From Cycas panzhihuaensis (taxonomy: Eukaryota > Plantae > Cycadophyta), in NCBI GenBank assembly GCA_023213395.1, contig CM041465.1:191153741-191217740 (forward strand): a stretch of 64,000 nt of DNA, read 5' to 3'. The stretch's first letter is position 1. Each line of letters opens with the position of its first letter. The notes below the pieces were generated by a model. It saw only the letters and a list, made by a program, of their open reading frames with translations, was not told the DNA's origin and did not search any database. Below, in pieces: positions 25,645 through 39,169 of this stretch. Made by a program: the position numbers and the translations under genes.

Positions 25645-28600
25645 AGGATTTTATACAAGCTATAGAACGCTCTATTGATGTCACACTTCTTTATAATGAA
25701 AATGAATCCTATGAGTTTATTTCAAAAAATAAAGGATTTATTTCCCTTTTTTAATTAAACAAGGTCTTATGAACTGCTAATGGGATGAATGTATATTACA
25801 ACAGAGTTTTATTTCCTTTTGGTTTTGTATCTCTATGTGTATACCAGTTTATACCAGATGTAAGAAGAAATATAAGATGGAATATTTTTAAAAAAAACAT
25901 ATATTTATATATAAAAGTATGAAAAAATGTTGATTTTCTCAGTTAAAAATGAATGTATTTGTACACAAAGCATGAAAAAATGTTGAGCCTTTTTTGTTGA
26001 TTCAAAAAAGCACAAATGAAACCATAAAATTCTAAATATTTTGATAGAAATAAGTCAAGTAGATGGAATGCATGTATATGTATCTATAATCTTTTCAGAA
26101 TCAAAAATATCAAAAATAAATAATATGTTGCAGATATATGAAAAAATATATATATTTAAATCTAAAAAGGAAACTGAAGAACGTAGAAAAACATAGTTGT
26201 AATAAACTTGTAGCAGAAAAATAAGCTTCAAAAACTTCTAATAGATAAATCTTCTTTTTCACAAGTCGAATATAGGCAGATCTGTTGTAACAAATGGTTT
26301 GGTGGATAAGATATGCACCCAAAAACTGCAGATCTATATAAAACTTGAAAATATAGTCAAAAAATATAATGAAAAATATAGATCTGAAATGAAATACAAC
26401 AGATCTGAACTAAATGTAGTAGAAAATGCTGAAAAACTTGATAAGATAAGCAGATCTTAAGCTAAATAATGTAGATCCAACGTGAGTATAGCAGATCTAT
26501 AGCCAAATATTATAGATCTAAATGAATATACCAGAAAAAATGGTCAAATGACTACTGAAACAAGCAGATCTGAAATGAAATATAGTAAACATGAAGTAAA
26601 AATTACAGATCTTTGAAGAAAACTTGATAACTTTTGCATGCAGCTGATCTCCTTTACAGATCTACGAAAAATATCAGATAAAATAGACTAATAAACTTGA
26701 AAACTTTCAAATATGTGATAAAATTATAGATTTGAAGATAAAATAACTCAAATATGAAAAGAAACTTGAATATATATATAACTTACTGCTGAAATAATGA
26801 TGAAATATAAGAAAAATATGTAGAACTAAAGAAATATGGCTCAAATCTAAGAAAAAACTTGAGCAAATATGGCTTGTTACTGAAATCCTACGTAGATCTG
26901 CATAAATTTGTAATAAAATATGTCGTAGAATGCCAATAAATATTATTACTCTTCTTCAAAAAACTTCACCAATGGAGATACAATAGCTCAAAATCTCGCT
27001 TTAATACCAAATGAAGGAAAATATACTTGTAGGAGAACAAAGTAGAATATATGTCAAATAACCATAAACCAATATTGCATCAGTACATCAATGTATCATA
27101 ATCACAATAGCATAAACCATGAAAACATTATTGTTCAATCCATTGTAGCAGAAATGAGCATTACAAATTTCTAATAAGGAGGCAGTGTATAAAGACACCA
27201 GGGTTGCACACCCCTTAATATTTATAATTTGGGGGAGAAGGGAAACTCATCAACCCCTAAATTTAAAATAATAATAAAATAATGTTAACTTAACTCAAAT
27301 GAAACTAACTTAACATAAATCAAAGTTAAACTTACCTTAACTTATATTGACATGTTGAGCATCACATGTCTAAATTGAAGATGGTGAGGTGTACAATCCT
27401 AGTTAGAAGGTGGGAGTGGAGTGATGACAATTAACTCCAACAATTTTTTTTCTTTTTTGTTATCTTTTTTATTTTTATGGTATTTATGGTCACTTTGTCT
27501 TCCTTTGGGTCTTGTTCCTTTTTTCTTTTTGTTTTTGTTAGATCTTGATATAATATCAACAAAGAAACAAAATGAAGAAAATAAGATAAATCTAGGCAAG
27601 TAATGAGACTAAAAAACCAAACCTATATTTTTTTTTATTTTTATTTTTTTTAACAATCAAAAGCAAACAAACTAGAAAAGATGCATGCGAGATTTTTATG
27701 TCTTTTTTTTTTTTCCAAAAATTAAAGATTTACATGCAAATATGAAATGATCTTCCTATATATAATATGTACACTTCATTACAAAATGGATGACACTATT
27801 AAAAGATAAAACACACTATATGATCATTTATGCAAGTTTTCTAAAGAGATCAATAACATGCAAAACTAGTTAACAAACTTTGTCTTTCATACATGCAACT
27901 AATTCTTTGAAAAAAAGATGATGAATGATGCAAAAAGAAAAGAGAGTTTTAGAAGATATTACTGTTGTTTTCTAATGATTTTCAGACCTATGTGATGATA
28001 AGTGAACCATAAATCTAAGCCACAACTTTTACATGAAGAACTAGTTTTAATGGTTCTATTACGATTTAGTAAGAGAAGCTCCAAAAGGATCCTTGAATCT
28101 ATATCAAACTAAAAAATCATAGATATTTTTGCTTTTAATAATTTCAACTTTTCTTTTAAAAGATAAAGAAACAAACTTGAAAGTGAAAATCAATCAAACC
28201 ACAAGATCATGAGAATGAAACTCCTTTCCTATTGCAAAAGAATACCTCAGAGTGGCAGTTTTTCTTTTCAACTGATCAATTTTCTTCCATAAACTTTCCT
28301 TCAAAGCAAATCAAAGGAGGATAACAACAATCAAAGAAGGCTAAACTATGGTCTAATAATGCCAAAGGAGTGGTGAATTGACTAAAATATAACCTGTTGT
28401 AGAAGAGTCGGAAGGGATAGCTAAATAAGTCGTGGAGAGATGACCATGCTCCACCTTAGTCTAACCCTTAAGGAACCCCATAAAAGGCTAGCCTCTCAGT
28501 ATATATTTTAAATTCTAAAATAAATATAAGATCAATGTAACAATCATCCAAAGAAAAGAGTAATTTCTGAGCAAAGAACACCTTCAAAGTACCGTGAAAT

Positions 28601-31600
28601 AAGCTAAAAACTCAATAGGAAAGACTTTATCCAATTAGAAGAAGTTTGAAGCATGAAACCTTGATAATAGTCTAAAAGATTGAAGCTTAAACCATTAACA
28701 TTTAAATATCGGCAACACAACATCAAAAATCTTCCATGATTTCACCCGCAAGTCTTTTTAACTTCTAAATTTAAGTCTCATAGTAGCAGTATTCAAAATA
28801 TCTAAGAAAACTCAAAAATCCACTACAAACTTAAGCAAATCACTACTAACTCATCAACAATAAATCACACAAGAATCAACATAATTCCTGGGTATCAAAG
28901 AGATCAAATTCCACAAAATCTGGATGGCGACATGTAAAATTCTAGTGCGCAAGCCGAGTTTTGCATGCATGATAGTCAAAAATATGACCGGTCGCATTTT
29001 TCAACCTACAAAAATGTGAATTTACACTGAAAACATGACCAACCACATTTTTTGCATTACCAAAAATGCGATAATTGTGGAGGTAAAAATTGGTTTTAAA
29101 AAATTAAATTTCAATATTAAATAAAATTTGAAACACAAAAATGACAAGAAACAACAAAACTAAGTGAAATCAAGGATAAAATATAAAAGTAACAAATTTT
29201 AAAGGAGGTATGAGGTCAAATTAATTATAAAAGAAAACTTTAGTGCCATAGTTTAAGTCATCGGCGGATGATAGTCAAAATACAAATTATACCATCATTC
29301 ATCATAATTCATTAAATTAAATTTATATATTCTTTCAACAAAGCGTGGCCTAATCTATGATTAAGTAAATTTATCATTCATCTTCTATGAAACCATATAT
29401 AAACATGTCAGAACTTACCAATACAAGTCAAATACAAATCAAAAGGCCAAGTTTTGGTGAAACAATTAATGATAGTTAATAGTATAAATTGAGTGGTGCG
29501 CTACATCCCACTCCAACTCCCACCTATTTATCTATGAGGTTCAAAGGCCTTGGCATTCATCAACATTTCTATTTTATTGAATTATTAATTTTCTCTCTCA
29601 TGTATTCTCCATGATTCCTCTATCCTTTGATTCTATCATTTGGTATCAAAGTAGAGTTTAGGAATTTTAAGCTTAATTTAAGCATTTAAAGCCATCTTCC
29701 TATTGCAAAAACAATCGTGCAGGAGCTAAGGTTGGAGAAGCGTTCGAGAAGTAAAAGTTACGAAGGAAGTCTTATGAATAGTTTTTTATTGCACATCCTA
29801 TGAGTACATATGAGTTATTAATCAATATTTCTTTACTCATTTTCATAATTTTATTTTCCTTAAAGGTTACCAATCATCTATATCTATTGGGGCTCTATTT
29901 CAAAGAAATTTTTCTGTTGTATACTTGAGCATTTCATCTAATCCTTGTGAAGGAGATCTCACTATTGTGAAACCTGACTCATTCCCAGGTTGTCTTTCTT
30001 TGTAGATAATTGGTTGCCTTATCTCATTTCTTCTCATAAATTCTTTATTTGTGTCACTTATATATGTATGAAGGCCCTACATAGCTCATATTTACATCTG
30101 ATCCTCTCCCCTTGGCACTGGTCAATCTAATACAAGTCCATATATATATCTCCATAAGAGAGTGTCTCTATTCATTTGTTTATAAACTCTGTTGGAGGAA
30201 AGAGTGCTTCCATTGAAGGTGATGATGATCAAATAATACAGTCATAGTCTGTGAAGCACCATTGAGCCAATCCCTGGGTGGACTATATCCTCTTTCTATT
30301 CTTATGTAGATTGCATCTATTTTTCGCTTCTACAGTGGCAAAGTTAACCAAATGGGTAACATTCTTAATTATCTACGGTTATTATATCGACTTCATAATC
30401 TTTGTAAACCAATGACCAACATTAATATTTTTTTAAAACATTATAATCTATTTTTTATAGCTAAATATTATTATTCGATAATATATTTTAATTCACCCAA
30501 AATTATGTCTGTCTTACTGTTATTGATATTTAAAATATATAAAATATTAATATTGCACTTTGATGTCTCATCTGCAGACTTTATTTCTCATGCAGTCCTT
30601 TATATTTAAATGATATACATGTTGTATTTTTCTTTTGCATCATTCAAAGCTTACACGCCATCACATCCAAATCCAGAGGCGATGGTCAAATTTAACAATA
30701 ATTTTGGGCTTTCAAGTGATAATGATAATGAATTTCTACAATGTTTTACTATTATTTAATGCATCTACATAGTTTCTATAGTAATATATTTTAAATATTT
30801 ATATTCTTTTTAGTTTGTGTGCATTGCCCCTTTAATATGGCTACTCTACTAAAGTTGAACATTACAAATACTAATTGTATTTATAATTACATTACTCCAC
30901 TTGTAAATTTATATAGTTGCGTGACTCTTTTTTATAGCTACTCTATTACTTATGTTACCTTTTATTTAGTATAGTTGTTATTGTCAATCTGATTGCATCA
31001 TCCACACAGTAATATGCTTGAATTAATAGATTTTTAATTTGATCATATATGTTAAAAAGGGGCTAATTTTTCCTGTGGGGTCCACATTTAATCTGTTGAC
31101 AATTGGCACCATGTCATCATCCCAAAACATCCACAACAGGTTACATGCAGTAGATAAAGTAACCAGGTTCATTTTTTTTAAATGAGGTTAAGTTAATTTT
31201 CAAAGTTGTTGTTTAAAGATAGGACTTATCTATGCTCCGATGGCTATAAATTTCGCTAGAAAATTTAAAAGTTAGTTTTGATAGCATTAAATTAGAGTTT
31301 ATTTTCACCTGGTCAAAATGAGATGATCATATTTCATTTTAGTTTGATATATATTTGTTAATAGTTTAAGTTGATACAAAATTTATTTCAACTTTTAATG
31401 TTAAAAAACTATTTTTTTATAAAATATTTTAAGTTATATCTTAAGTGTATGATAACATAGTTCAATCTCATTTGAAATGTTGGACTCTATTTTTTATTCT
31501 CCATTCAGTAGTAAAGACTTCAGAAAAATTTTAAGTCATCTTATGTAATATTTTTATGCTCAAAAGTGGCACTAGTAAAGGGCTTCCTATGTGATATTCC

Positions 31601-31829
31601 TTATTTGAACTAGTCAAAAATCAATTTGTAATCTCCTATTAATACAAAATATTATCTTTTGAGGTGGTTGAAGTCCCAATTGGAATATTTATCTAAGTTC
31701 TGGAGGTGAAGTGGGACATATCTTATATTTTTAAAGTGCCTCTTTATTGCCTTTTTACTGCTTTTGATTGCTTTTATTTTAAACACTTTTATATTTTAAA
31801 AGTTATTCTTTGAAGATAATCTTTTCACT

Positions 31830-34794
31830 ATGGCATCAAATATTAGAAATGTAATGGTGTCTAATTTCGATGGTATAAATTTTCTTAACTGGAGTAGGTA
31901 AATAAAGAATATTTCTATTTCAAAAAATATGTGGAAACTTCTTTATATAAGTTATAATTTAATTGATGATGATGCCATGGAAGACAAAAGGAAATACTTC
32001 AAAAAGAATGAGAAGAAGGACAATGAGGCAATTTCACTTATCTTTTATGCATTGGAGGACTATATCTTCCTCAGAGTAAGTGAAGTTATAATATCAAATG
32101 AGGCTTGGGACACACTCAAGATAATTTATGGAGGAGTTGCATCATCTAAACTACAAACCTTAAGAAGCAAATTTAAAAATCTTGGTATGACAACTCATGA
32201 AGAAGTCAATGAGTTTATTACTAAGGTCTAAGGCTTGGTTAACTAGATGAGATCCTTAGGTGAAATGATTAGTAAATAAAGATTTGTTGAAAAAATCCTA
32301 AGATGTGTAAGAGATATCAAGAGGTTTAAAATGGTAGCCACTAGTATAGAAATGTCTAAGGATCTTAGCACACTTAAAATAGATCATCTAAGTGCTATAC
32401 TTTTATTAGTTGAAGAAAAGAAAGATAGAAGTAAATGCCTTGAACATGCCTTTACCACCAAGGCAAAGACTAGGCCTAATTACTAAGAACAAAATTCTAG
32501 GAATAGAGGTCAATCCCCTAGAGATAGAGACCAACCAAAAATCTAGTTTTAAAGATAAACTTTCTAAGGTTATTATCAAGGTTATTAAACACAACACAAA
32601 GCATCTATTAAGGACAAGGCTTAAATCAAGGTTATCAAGGGTCAAATTAGTACCAAGGTCAAAGGTATTATTAAGGCCAAGGTAAAGGCCAAAACTATAT
32701 ACCTCAAGGAAGAGGAAGATATCAAAGTTCTAGGGGGGAGAAATTAAAGTCAAAGCGATAGGAGTCCAAGAGGTAAAGAAACCATTCAATGTTCCTGCTA
32801 CCATAAGAATGGTCACTTTAAAGAAAACTATTTTACTAAAAGGTTAAGTACATAAAGAGGAACAACTAATACAACTATGAAAGAAAGACAAAATGATAGT
32901 TTGTTTCTTTCAAGCCTAATGGCCAATGAAGAAGGAGATAGTTGGTATATCAATTCAAGATATTTCACATATATGACATGCAAGGAAGAGTAGTTCAAGG
33001 AGTTAGATAACCCTAAGAAAAGTAAAATTATGTTTAAGGACAATACCACTCAGGTAGTTGTTAGAAAAGGAAACATCTCCATAGAAACTAATTCTGAAGA
33101 AACTAGTTCCTCCTTCGGTGCTCTTACTCAGGTGAGGTTTGGAGACTTTTCCTAGACCTTTTTGAAGCGAAGTGGGTCCTCTCTGAAAACATCGTTGATC
33201 AATGGACATCTTGGTAGAGCCCATTCAAAAGCAGAATCTTGGGCACTTTGTGGAAAAGTGCTATTCCGGTGATGTCCTAGAACTTATAAAGAGAAAGAAA
33301 CAGAAGGATCTTCCAAGACAGATGAATGAACCCAAATGTTATTCTCAACGTTATCTATATAGGTATTAAGGAGAATGTTAAAAACATGGAAGAGAACCGT
33401 ATGACGATGAGAGAAGAGAGGATGATGCACAAATGGGGGTTAAGCCTGAAAATAAATGAGGAGATTAGAAGGAGTAACCACTGGACTCCTCTTGGGGAGC
33501 ATTAGCTAAAGATTAACTTTGATGGTACCTCGAAATGTAATCCTGAAGAAGTTGGTGGTGGTGGTATCTGCAGAGACACCAAAGGGAACCTCTTATGGGC
33601 CTTTATAGAGCATTATGATCAATAGATAAACCATTATACTGAGATGGCTGCTATACTCAAAGCTATGGAGCTAGCTCTAGAAGGAGGCTGCAGCAGGGTG
33701 GTTATTGAGGGTGACTCCCTGAATATAATAAATTAGTTGAAAGGCACAGCTTCTCTGAATTGGAGATTTCAATCTATGATTAAAGACGTTTATGATGCAT
33801 TAAAGGATATGAAGTACGTCCAGTTACCACACACTCCTAGAGAGGGCAATAAAGCGACTGACTTGTTGTCTAATTAAGGGGTTAGAAGTAGGAGTTACAC
33901 TTTCTGGAGAGAGAGCTTCCTAGAGGATCTCATGAAACTGGTTAAGAGAGAAATGATTTGTGACAACTAGTTATAGGACTTGTCCTAGCATACTTTTTAC
34001 ATATGTGTTGTTAATTATTCATACTCAGGCCGTGGGGTTGACACGGCCATCATGACTATGTTAACAAATTAACTATGATGAACTAGGTTGTGGGATCTTG
34101 TTTACAAACCCACACTTTATTTATTTTACCTTAACAAAAAAAAAAAAAAACAACAACAACAAAAGAAACTAGGAGTATAAATGATGTGCTTTATATTCTA
34201 GCTCTAAAAAAAAACTTACTTTTAATAGCTCAAATGATGGAGCAACAATATAAAGTGGTCTTTAATAATGGGGAATGCATTATCAAGGACAAATTAAAGA
34301 ACAAGGCAGTTGTAGCTAAAGGCTAAATAACTAGTGATAGGTTATTCAAACTAATAATACCCCCAATAGACTACTATGCCTTAAAGGCATTAATAAATAT
34401 AAATAGTGAAACATGGCACAAAAGACTTGGCTATATAAATTATAATAGTTTGGCCTTAATGAAAAGAATGGATATGGTAATTGAACTTCCTACTATAGAA
34501 CCAAGAAAATAACTTTATAGACGTTGCATACTTAGAAAGAAGTAAAAGGAAAGTATTTCTAGTGAAAGTTATAAGACCAATGGGCCACTTCAATTGATTT
34601 ATATAGATCTATATGGCCTAATGGATGTGCCCTCACTTAGAGGTGACAAATACTTTATGACATTTATTAATGACTACACAAAGATGACATGGATCTATTT
34701 TATCAAATTCAAATTAAATGCTCTTTAATGATTTATGGACTTCAAAACTTCGGTAAAAAGACAAAGTAGATTCAAAATTCTAAACTTAAGATTA
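31830..34794 (+). pseudogene. Copia gag/PR/INT remnant (split by L1 at 33107-34162)
   Basis: EAWDTLKIIYGGVASSKLQTLRSKFKNLGM; WYINS..HM; WHKRLG; LIYIDLYGLM. Confidence 0.85.
33107..34162 (+). mobile_element. 5'-truncated L1 LINE with C-terminal RNase H domain and poly(A) tail
   Basis: TSD AAGAAACTAG (33097-33106 / 34163-34172); zf-RVT end FLLRCSYSGEVW; RNase H KINFDG..GGGICRD..EGDSL..REGNKATD; A-rich tail ~34133-34162. Confidence 0.92.
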
Positions 34795-37700
34795 TGTTAG
34801 ATAATGTGACAATATTCTTTTAGAGGAAAATTTTTTGACAGGTTGGTAGTGTGGTTTTCCTCCCAAACTTTTACAGAGGGATCCAAGGGGGGCGGGACCC
34901 CCCTTTAGCTAAGGGATGTGGGGGGACCTAGAACCCTCCCCCCCCCCCCACCCAGCCCAAAAAGAGGGGGTTTTGGGGTTGTAGCCCGCAACCCAAAAAA
35001 CTAGTGCTATAAAACATACTCAATTATAAAGAGAATTCAAATTATTTATTTAAAATACCCTATATTTGATGGTTAAGATTTATGCCTTGTATGACTCTCT
35101 CATATATCCTGATTTATGATATTTTTTTAGTGTGTTGATGGTATTTGATGTATTGAATATACTGTATTGAGAAGAGGCAGGTGATTATTATTACTGTAAG
35201 CAATCTACTATAAATTGTGTATATTTTTCTATTCTTACATAATAAAGATCGATACTTTTCTTATGTGCATGTTTTCCTAACACACTACTAGGATTTTAGC
35301 ATGTTATATCTAGTATATATGAGATCCTTTGAATTTCTGATTTATTTATTATATTATCTCTAGTTTAAGAACTTGTATGTTAAATTTTAGTTTTAATTCA
35401 TGTAACTAGTTATAAAATAGTTTAGATCTTGGTGGTGGTTTTTAGTTATTAGGACTTAGTTTTCTCGACAAGTGGTATTAGAGCCTCCTTTATTTTTGCA
35501 GTGAGTTTGTGAAGATTTTGATGCCGACTTTTTTCTACACCAAATGGCAAAATTGACCAATGCAAAGTTTGAGATAGAGAAATTTAATGGCAAGAACAAC
35601 TTCGAATTATAAAAGCTGAAAGTATATGATGTTCTGGTACAATAGGAATTGTGAATAACTCTAGAAGGTAAATCAAAGAAACCCATAAGGATGGACAATG
35701 CCAAATGGGATGATCTGGACAAAAAAGCTCTTAGCATAATACGATTATGCTTGGCAGATGAAGTTCTATTTAACATCGTAGAGGAGAAGATAGTAGGATT
35801 ATAGATTAAGTTTGAAGGCTTGTACATAACCAAATCAGTGACGAATCGAATCTACTTGAAGAGGTAGTTGCACTCATTATGGATGAAGGAAGATAAAAAC
35901 TTCCTGATCATTTAAATATTTTTAATACTCTTATTTATCAGTTGGCTAGTATCAATATCATGATTGAGGATGAGGATAAGGCTATTACCTTATTATGTTT
36001 ATTACTAGAATCTTAGAATAATATTATCACCTCAATTAGTTTTAGCACTACAGATGAATTAGGCCATGATTTTGTTATGAGTGATTTACTGATGGAAGAG
36101 GTGAGGAGGAAGTCCAGTCTTGAAACCTCCACACCAGAAGTTAGAATAGTAAGGGATAGAATGATTAAGAGAGGACAAAGCTCTAGGGACATATTTAGGT
36201 CAAAGTTGAAAGGTAAGAAGAGTAAGCTCAGATATTAGCATTGTAATAAGACAGGTCACCTCAAGAAGGATTACTACAAAAGGAATGAGTTCTTAAAAAA
36301 AGGAAAATCCTACTAAAGAGGCTAATTAGGTGGAGTCAAATCAAGGTACGAATGATGATGTCTTGGTTGCTTATAATGTTTCCCATTATCATCATGATTG
36401 GTTATTAGATTCAGGTGCTTCATACCACATGTGTCAACTACTAACCTCTTAATGGTAGTAATGTACTTATAGGAAATAAAGTTTCATGTAAGACAGTGGA
36501 TATTGGTAGTATCAGAATTAAAATGTTTAATGGTGTAGTAATAACATTAGTTGAAATAAGGCATGTAACTAATCTAAAAATAAATCTGATTTCCTTGGGT
36601 GAACTAGATTCTGGTGGTTATAAGTACACAAATCATGAAGGAGCCTTAAAGGTATCAAAGGGCACATTGGTTATTATGAAAACCTTAAAGAAATGAAATC
36701 TTTACATTTTGATCAGAAGTCTAGATGTCAACTACATAACTAAAGTATCAAAGACTGCAAAAGATCCAGCTTAGTTATGGCATCAAAGACTTAGGCACAT
36801 GAGTGAAATAGGACTTAAGATTCTAATGAACTGTAAGTGATTTCCTAACTTATAGCTTTTAGATTTAAGTTTTTATAAACATTGTATTTTTAGAAAGCAG
36901 TATAGATTCAAGTTTAAAGTAAGGAGTCAGATTAGTAAAGATGTTCCAAATTATATATATTCAGATGTGTAGGGACCATATATCTTATGGAGGTTTATTG
37001 TACTTTGTCACATTTATAAATGATTACTCTAGAAAGGTATGGGTCTTTTTTTTTTAAAAAAAATTTAAAGTTTTTAGTGTGTTTAATCAATTCAATGCTC
37101 TAGGTGAGAAGAGCACTAGCAAGTCAATCAAATATTTAAGAACTAACAATAGAGGCAAGTTTAACTCTTTGGAGTTTGAGAACTATTGTAGAGAAATTAT
37201 GATCAAAATGCATAAGACCACTAGCTATACTTTGCAGTAGAATGGCATAGTTGAGTGCATGAATATGACACTCTTAGAAAAAGCAAAAAGCATGCTGAGT
37301 AATGTTGGAGTGGAGTAAGGCTTATGGACATAAGATATTTAGACATCTTATCATTTGGTAAATAATCCACCATCACTTGCAATAGACTACAAGATTCCTA
37401 AAGAGGTATGGAATGGACATCCACGTGACTATTCAAATTTGAAAGTTTTTTATTGTGATGCTTATGTCTTGACTAATAAAAGTTAACATTTAAAGTTAGA
37501 CCTAAAATCTAAGAGATGTATCTTTGTTAGTTATGGTGATAGAGATGGTGTGAAGGAATACAGGTTGTGGAATCCTACTGCCTAAAAAATCACTATTAAC
37601 AGATATGTGTTTAATAAATCTTCCTTTCTAAAATTAGACAATGTAGAAGTTGAAGTAAAACAGGAGTAGAAAGTTGAATATCAATAGGTCAAGCTTGAGA

Positions 37701-38570
37701 CCCAACCATCTTTAGAAATGGAAAAGTAAGAAGAGCATTCTAAAGATGAATCTGTAATAGATTGACAAGAGTATATGGACACTCCTCTACCAACTGTTAG
37801 AAGATCAATACGAGTTAGCCATCCACCTGACAGGGATAAGCCTTCTATTTCTATTGTTGTGGTTTCTAATAATGGTGAGCCTGCATGCTATCAAGAAGCA
37901 GTACATGGTATCCATAGTGAGAAGTGGAAGAGGGTTATGCAGGAAGAGATAGATGCTTTGAAGAAAAATAATTAATAGGACTTGGTAGAACTTCTACATG
38001 GTAAGAAGACTATTGGTTATAGGTGGGTTTTTAAGAAGAAAATAGATGTTGATAGAAAAGTTGACAAATACAAGGCAAGACTGATGGTTAAAGGCCTTGC
38101 TTAGAAAGTAGGTATTGATTTTCGTGAGATTCTTTCACCAGTTGTTAAACTTGTTTCAGTTTGGGTTCTATTAACATTGGTAGCTTCTCTTCATTTGGAG
38201 TTGAAGCAGTTAGATATAAAAATAGCTTTTCTACATGGAGATTTAGATAAGGAGATCTATATGGATTAGTTAGAAGGGTTTGTACAGGATAGTAGGAAAA
38301 GACTTATTTACAAGCTCAGGAAATCATTGTATGGCCTGAAGCAATCACCGAGATAATAGTACAAGAAGTTTGATGTATTTATGGAGAGAGAAATTTTTAA
38401 AAGAAGTGAGTATGGTCATTGTGTTTACTTTAAATTCTTAGAAAATGGCTTATTCATTATCTTGGTATTGTATATTGATGACATGTTGGTTGCAAGCAAG
38501 AGTATGGCAGAAATCAACAAGTTAAAGGCCTAATTAGCTAAGACTTTTGATATGAAGGATCTAGGAGTTA
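34795..38570 (+). mobile_element. Tnt1/Tork-like copia, 5' LTR to mid-RT, 3' truncated
   Basis: LTR 34795-35470 (TGTTAG..TCGACA), PBS TGGTATTAGAGC at 35473, gag MAKLTNAKFEIEKFNGKNNF from 35544, WLLDSGASYHM, LWHQRLRHMSE, SLYGLKQSPR, LYIDDML, FDMKDLG. Confidence 0.92.
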
Positions 38571-39160
38571 TGACTTATGGGAACCCATGGAGTCTATAAA
38601 TTTATGTTACTTAGCTTGTCTTAAAGTTGGACTATATCCCTTGGGAGTTTGTTTTAAGAGACAATCTACTAACACGAAAATGGCATTTTCCCTTTTAGTG
38701 GTAAGAAGCCTAATGATGAAGTGGATTGAAATTTCTTCCCATTTGGATTCCAAATTAGGTAATGGCTATGATAACCCATGAGATTTCAATTTTTTGCCTT
38801 TATATCTTTAACATGTTTCACATTAGGATACGAACTTGTTAATCTTTACAGTTATACCCTTTGAATAAAATGATTGGTTGATCTCATAATATGAGTTATC
38901 TATCTTAATATGGCCTATTGTTGGGTACATATGGCATTCATTTAGTATTGATTTTTTGAATTTAGACATTGCTAATAAGTACATGCTTCCCTTGTATTGG
39001 AGAATATTATTCCTCCACTTGATGTTCTTTTCATAATCCTAGAAATTAACTTGTAATTTATGGATGACTGTCATGGTATCCTCTTATTGTATGTATTATT
39101 CTTGAACTTCATTTATCTAGGATTATATCCCTATAAACATTACACACAAGGCAAGGTCTC
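38571..39160 (-). pseudogene. Ty3/gypsy (chromovirus/IFG-like) integrase fragment
   Basis: ILNECHMYPTIGH, C..C zinc finger, WEEISIHFI, RLHGFP motifs on the minus strand. Confidence 0.7.
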
Positions 39161-39169
39161 TTAGAACCT

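Larger units (their letters stand above)
21749..27442 (-). mobile_element. Non-autonomous copia derivative (TR-GAG/LARD-like) with long cargo-bearing leader
   Basis: 431-bp LTRs 21749-22179 and 27012-27442; TSD ATTTT; PPT at ~22180-22190; Met PBS TGGTATTAAAGC at ~26998-27009; only a gag N-terminus and a short RNase H-like tail inside. Confidence 0.88.
1..29464 (-). mobile_element. Ty3/gypsy Tat-lineage LTR retrotransposon (degenerate; contains two nested copia insertions; left end beyond window)
   Basis: Direct repeat 1-1380 vs 28151-29464, both ending ...GAAACA; PPT at 1381-1391; PBS TGGCGACC at 21341-21359; minus-strand PR, RT, RH, INT and extra RNase H remnants in gypsy order. Confidence 0.9.
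21364..29464 (-). repeat. 5' LTR of Tat element (~2.4 kb), split by the copia derivative at 21749-27442
   Basis: Right part matches 1-1380; left end adjoins the PBS. Confidence 0.8.
29470..34794 (+). mobile_element. Ty1/copia element (short 5' LTR, long leader, gag-PR-INT start), interrupted by L1 and truncated at a nested copia
   Basis: 169-bp LTR TGATAG..CTATCA 29470-29638; PBS TGGTATCAAAG at 29641; gag from ATG 31830 closely related to the 8068-16219 element. Confidence 0.85.

Noticed and set aside
32406-32685. Overlapping Leu/Arg-rich ORFs
   Set aside because: Alternative frames of the repetitive Gln/Gly (CAAGGT) gag linker of the copia
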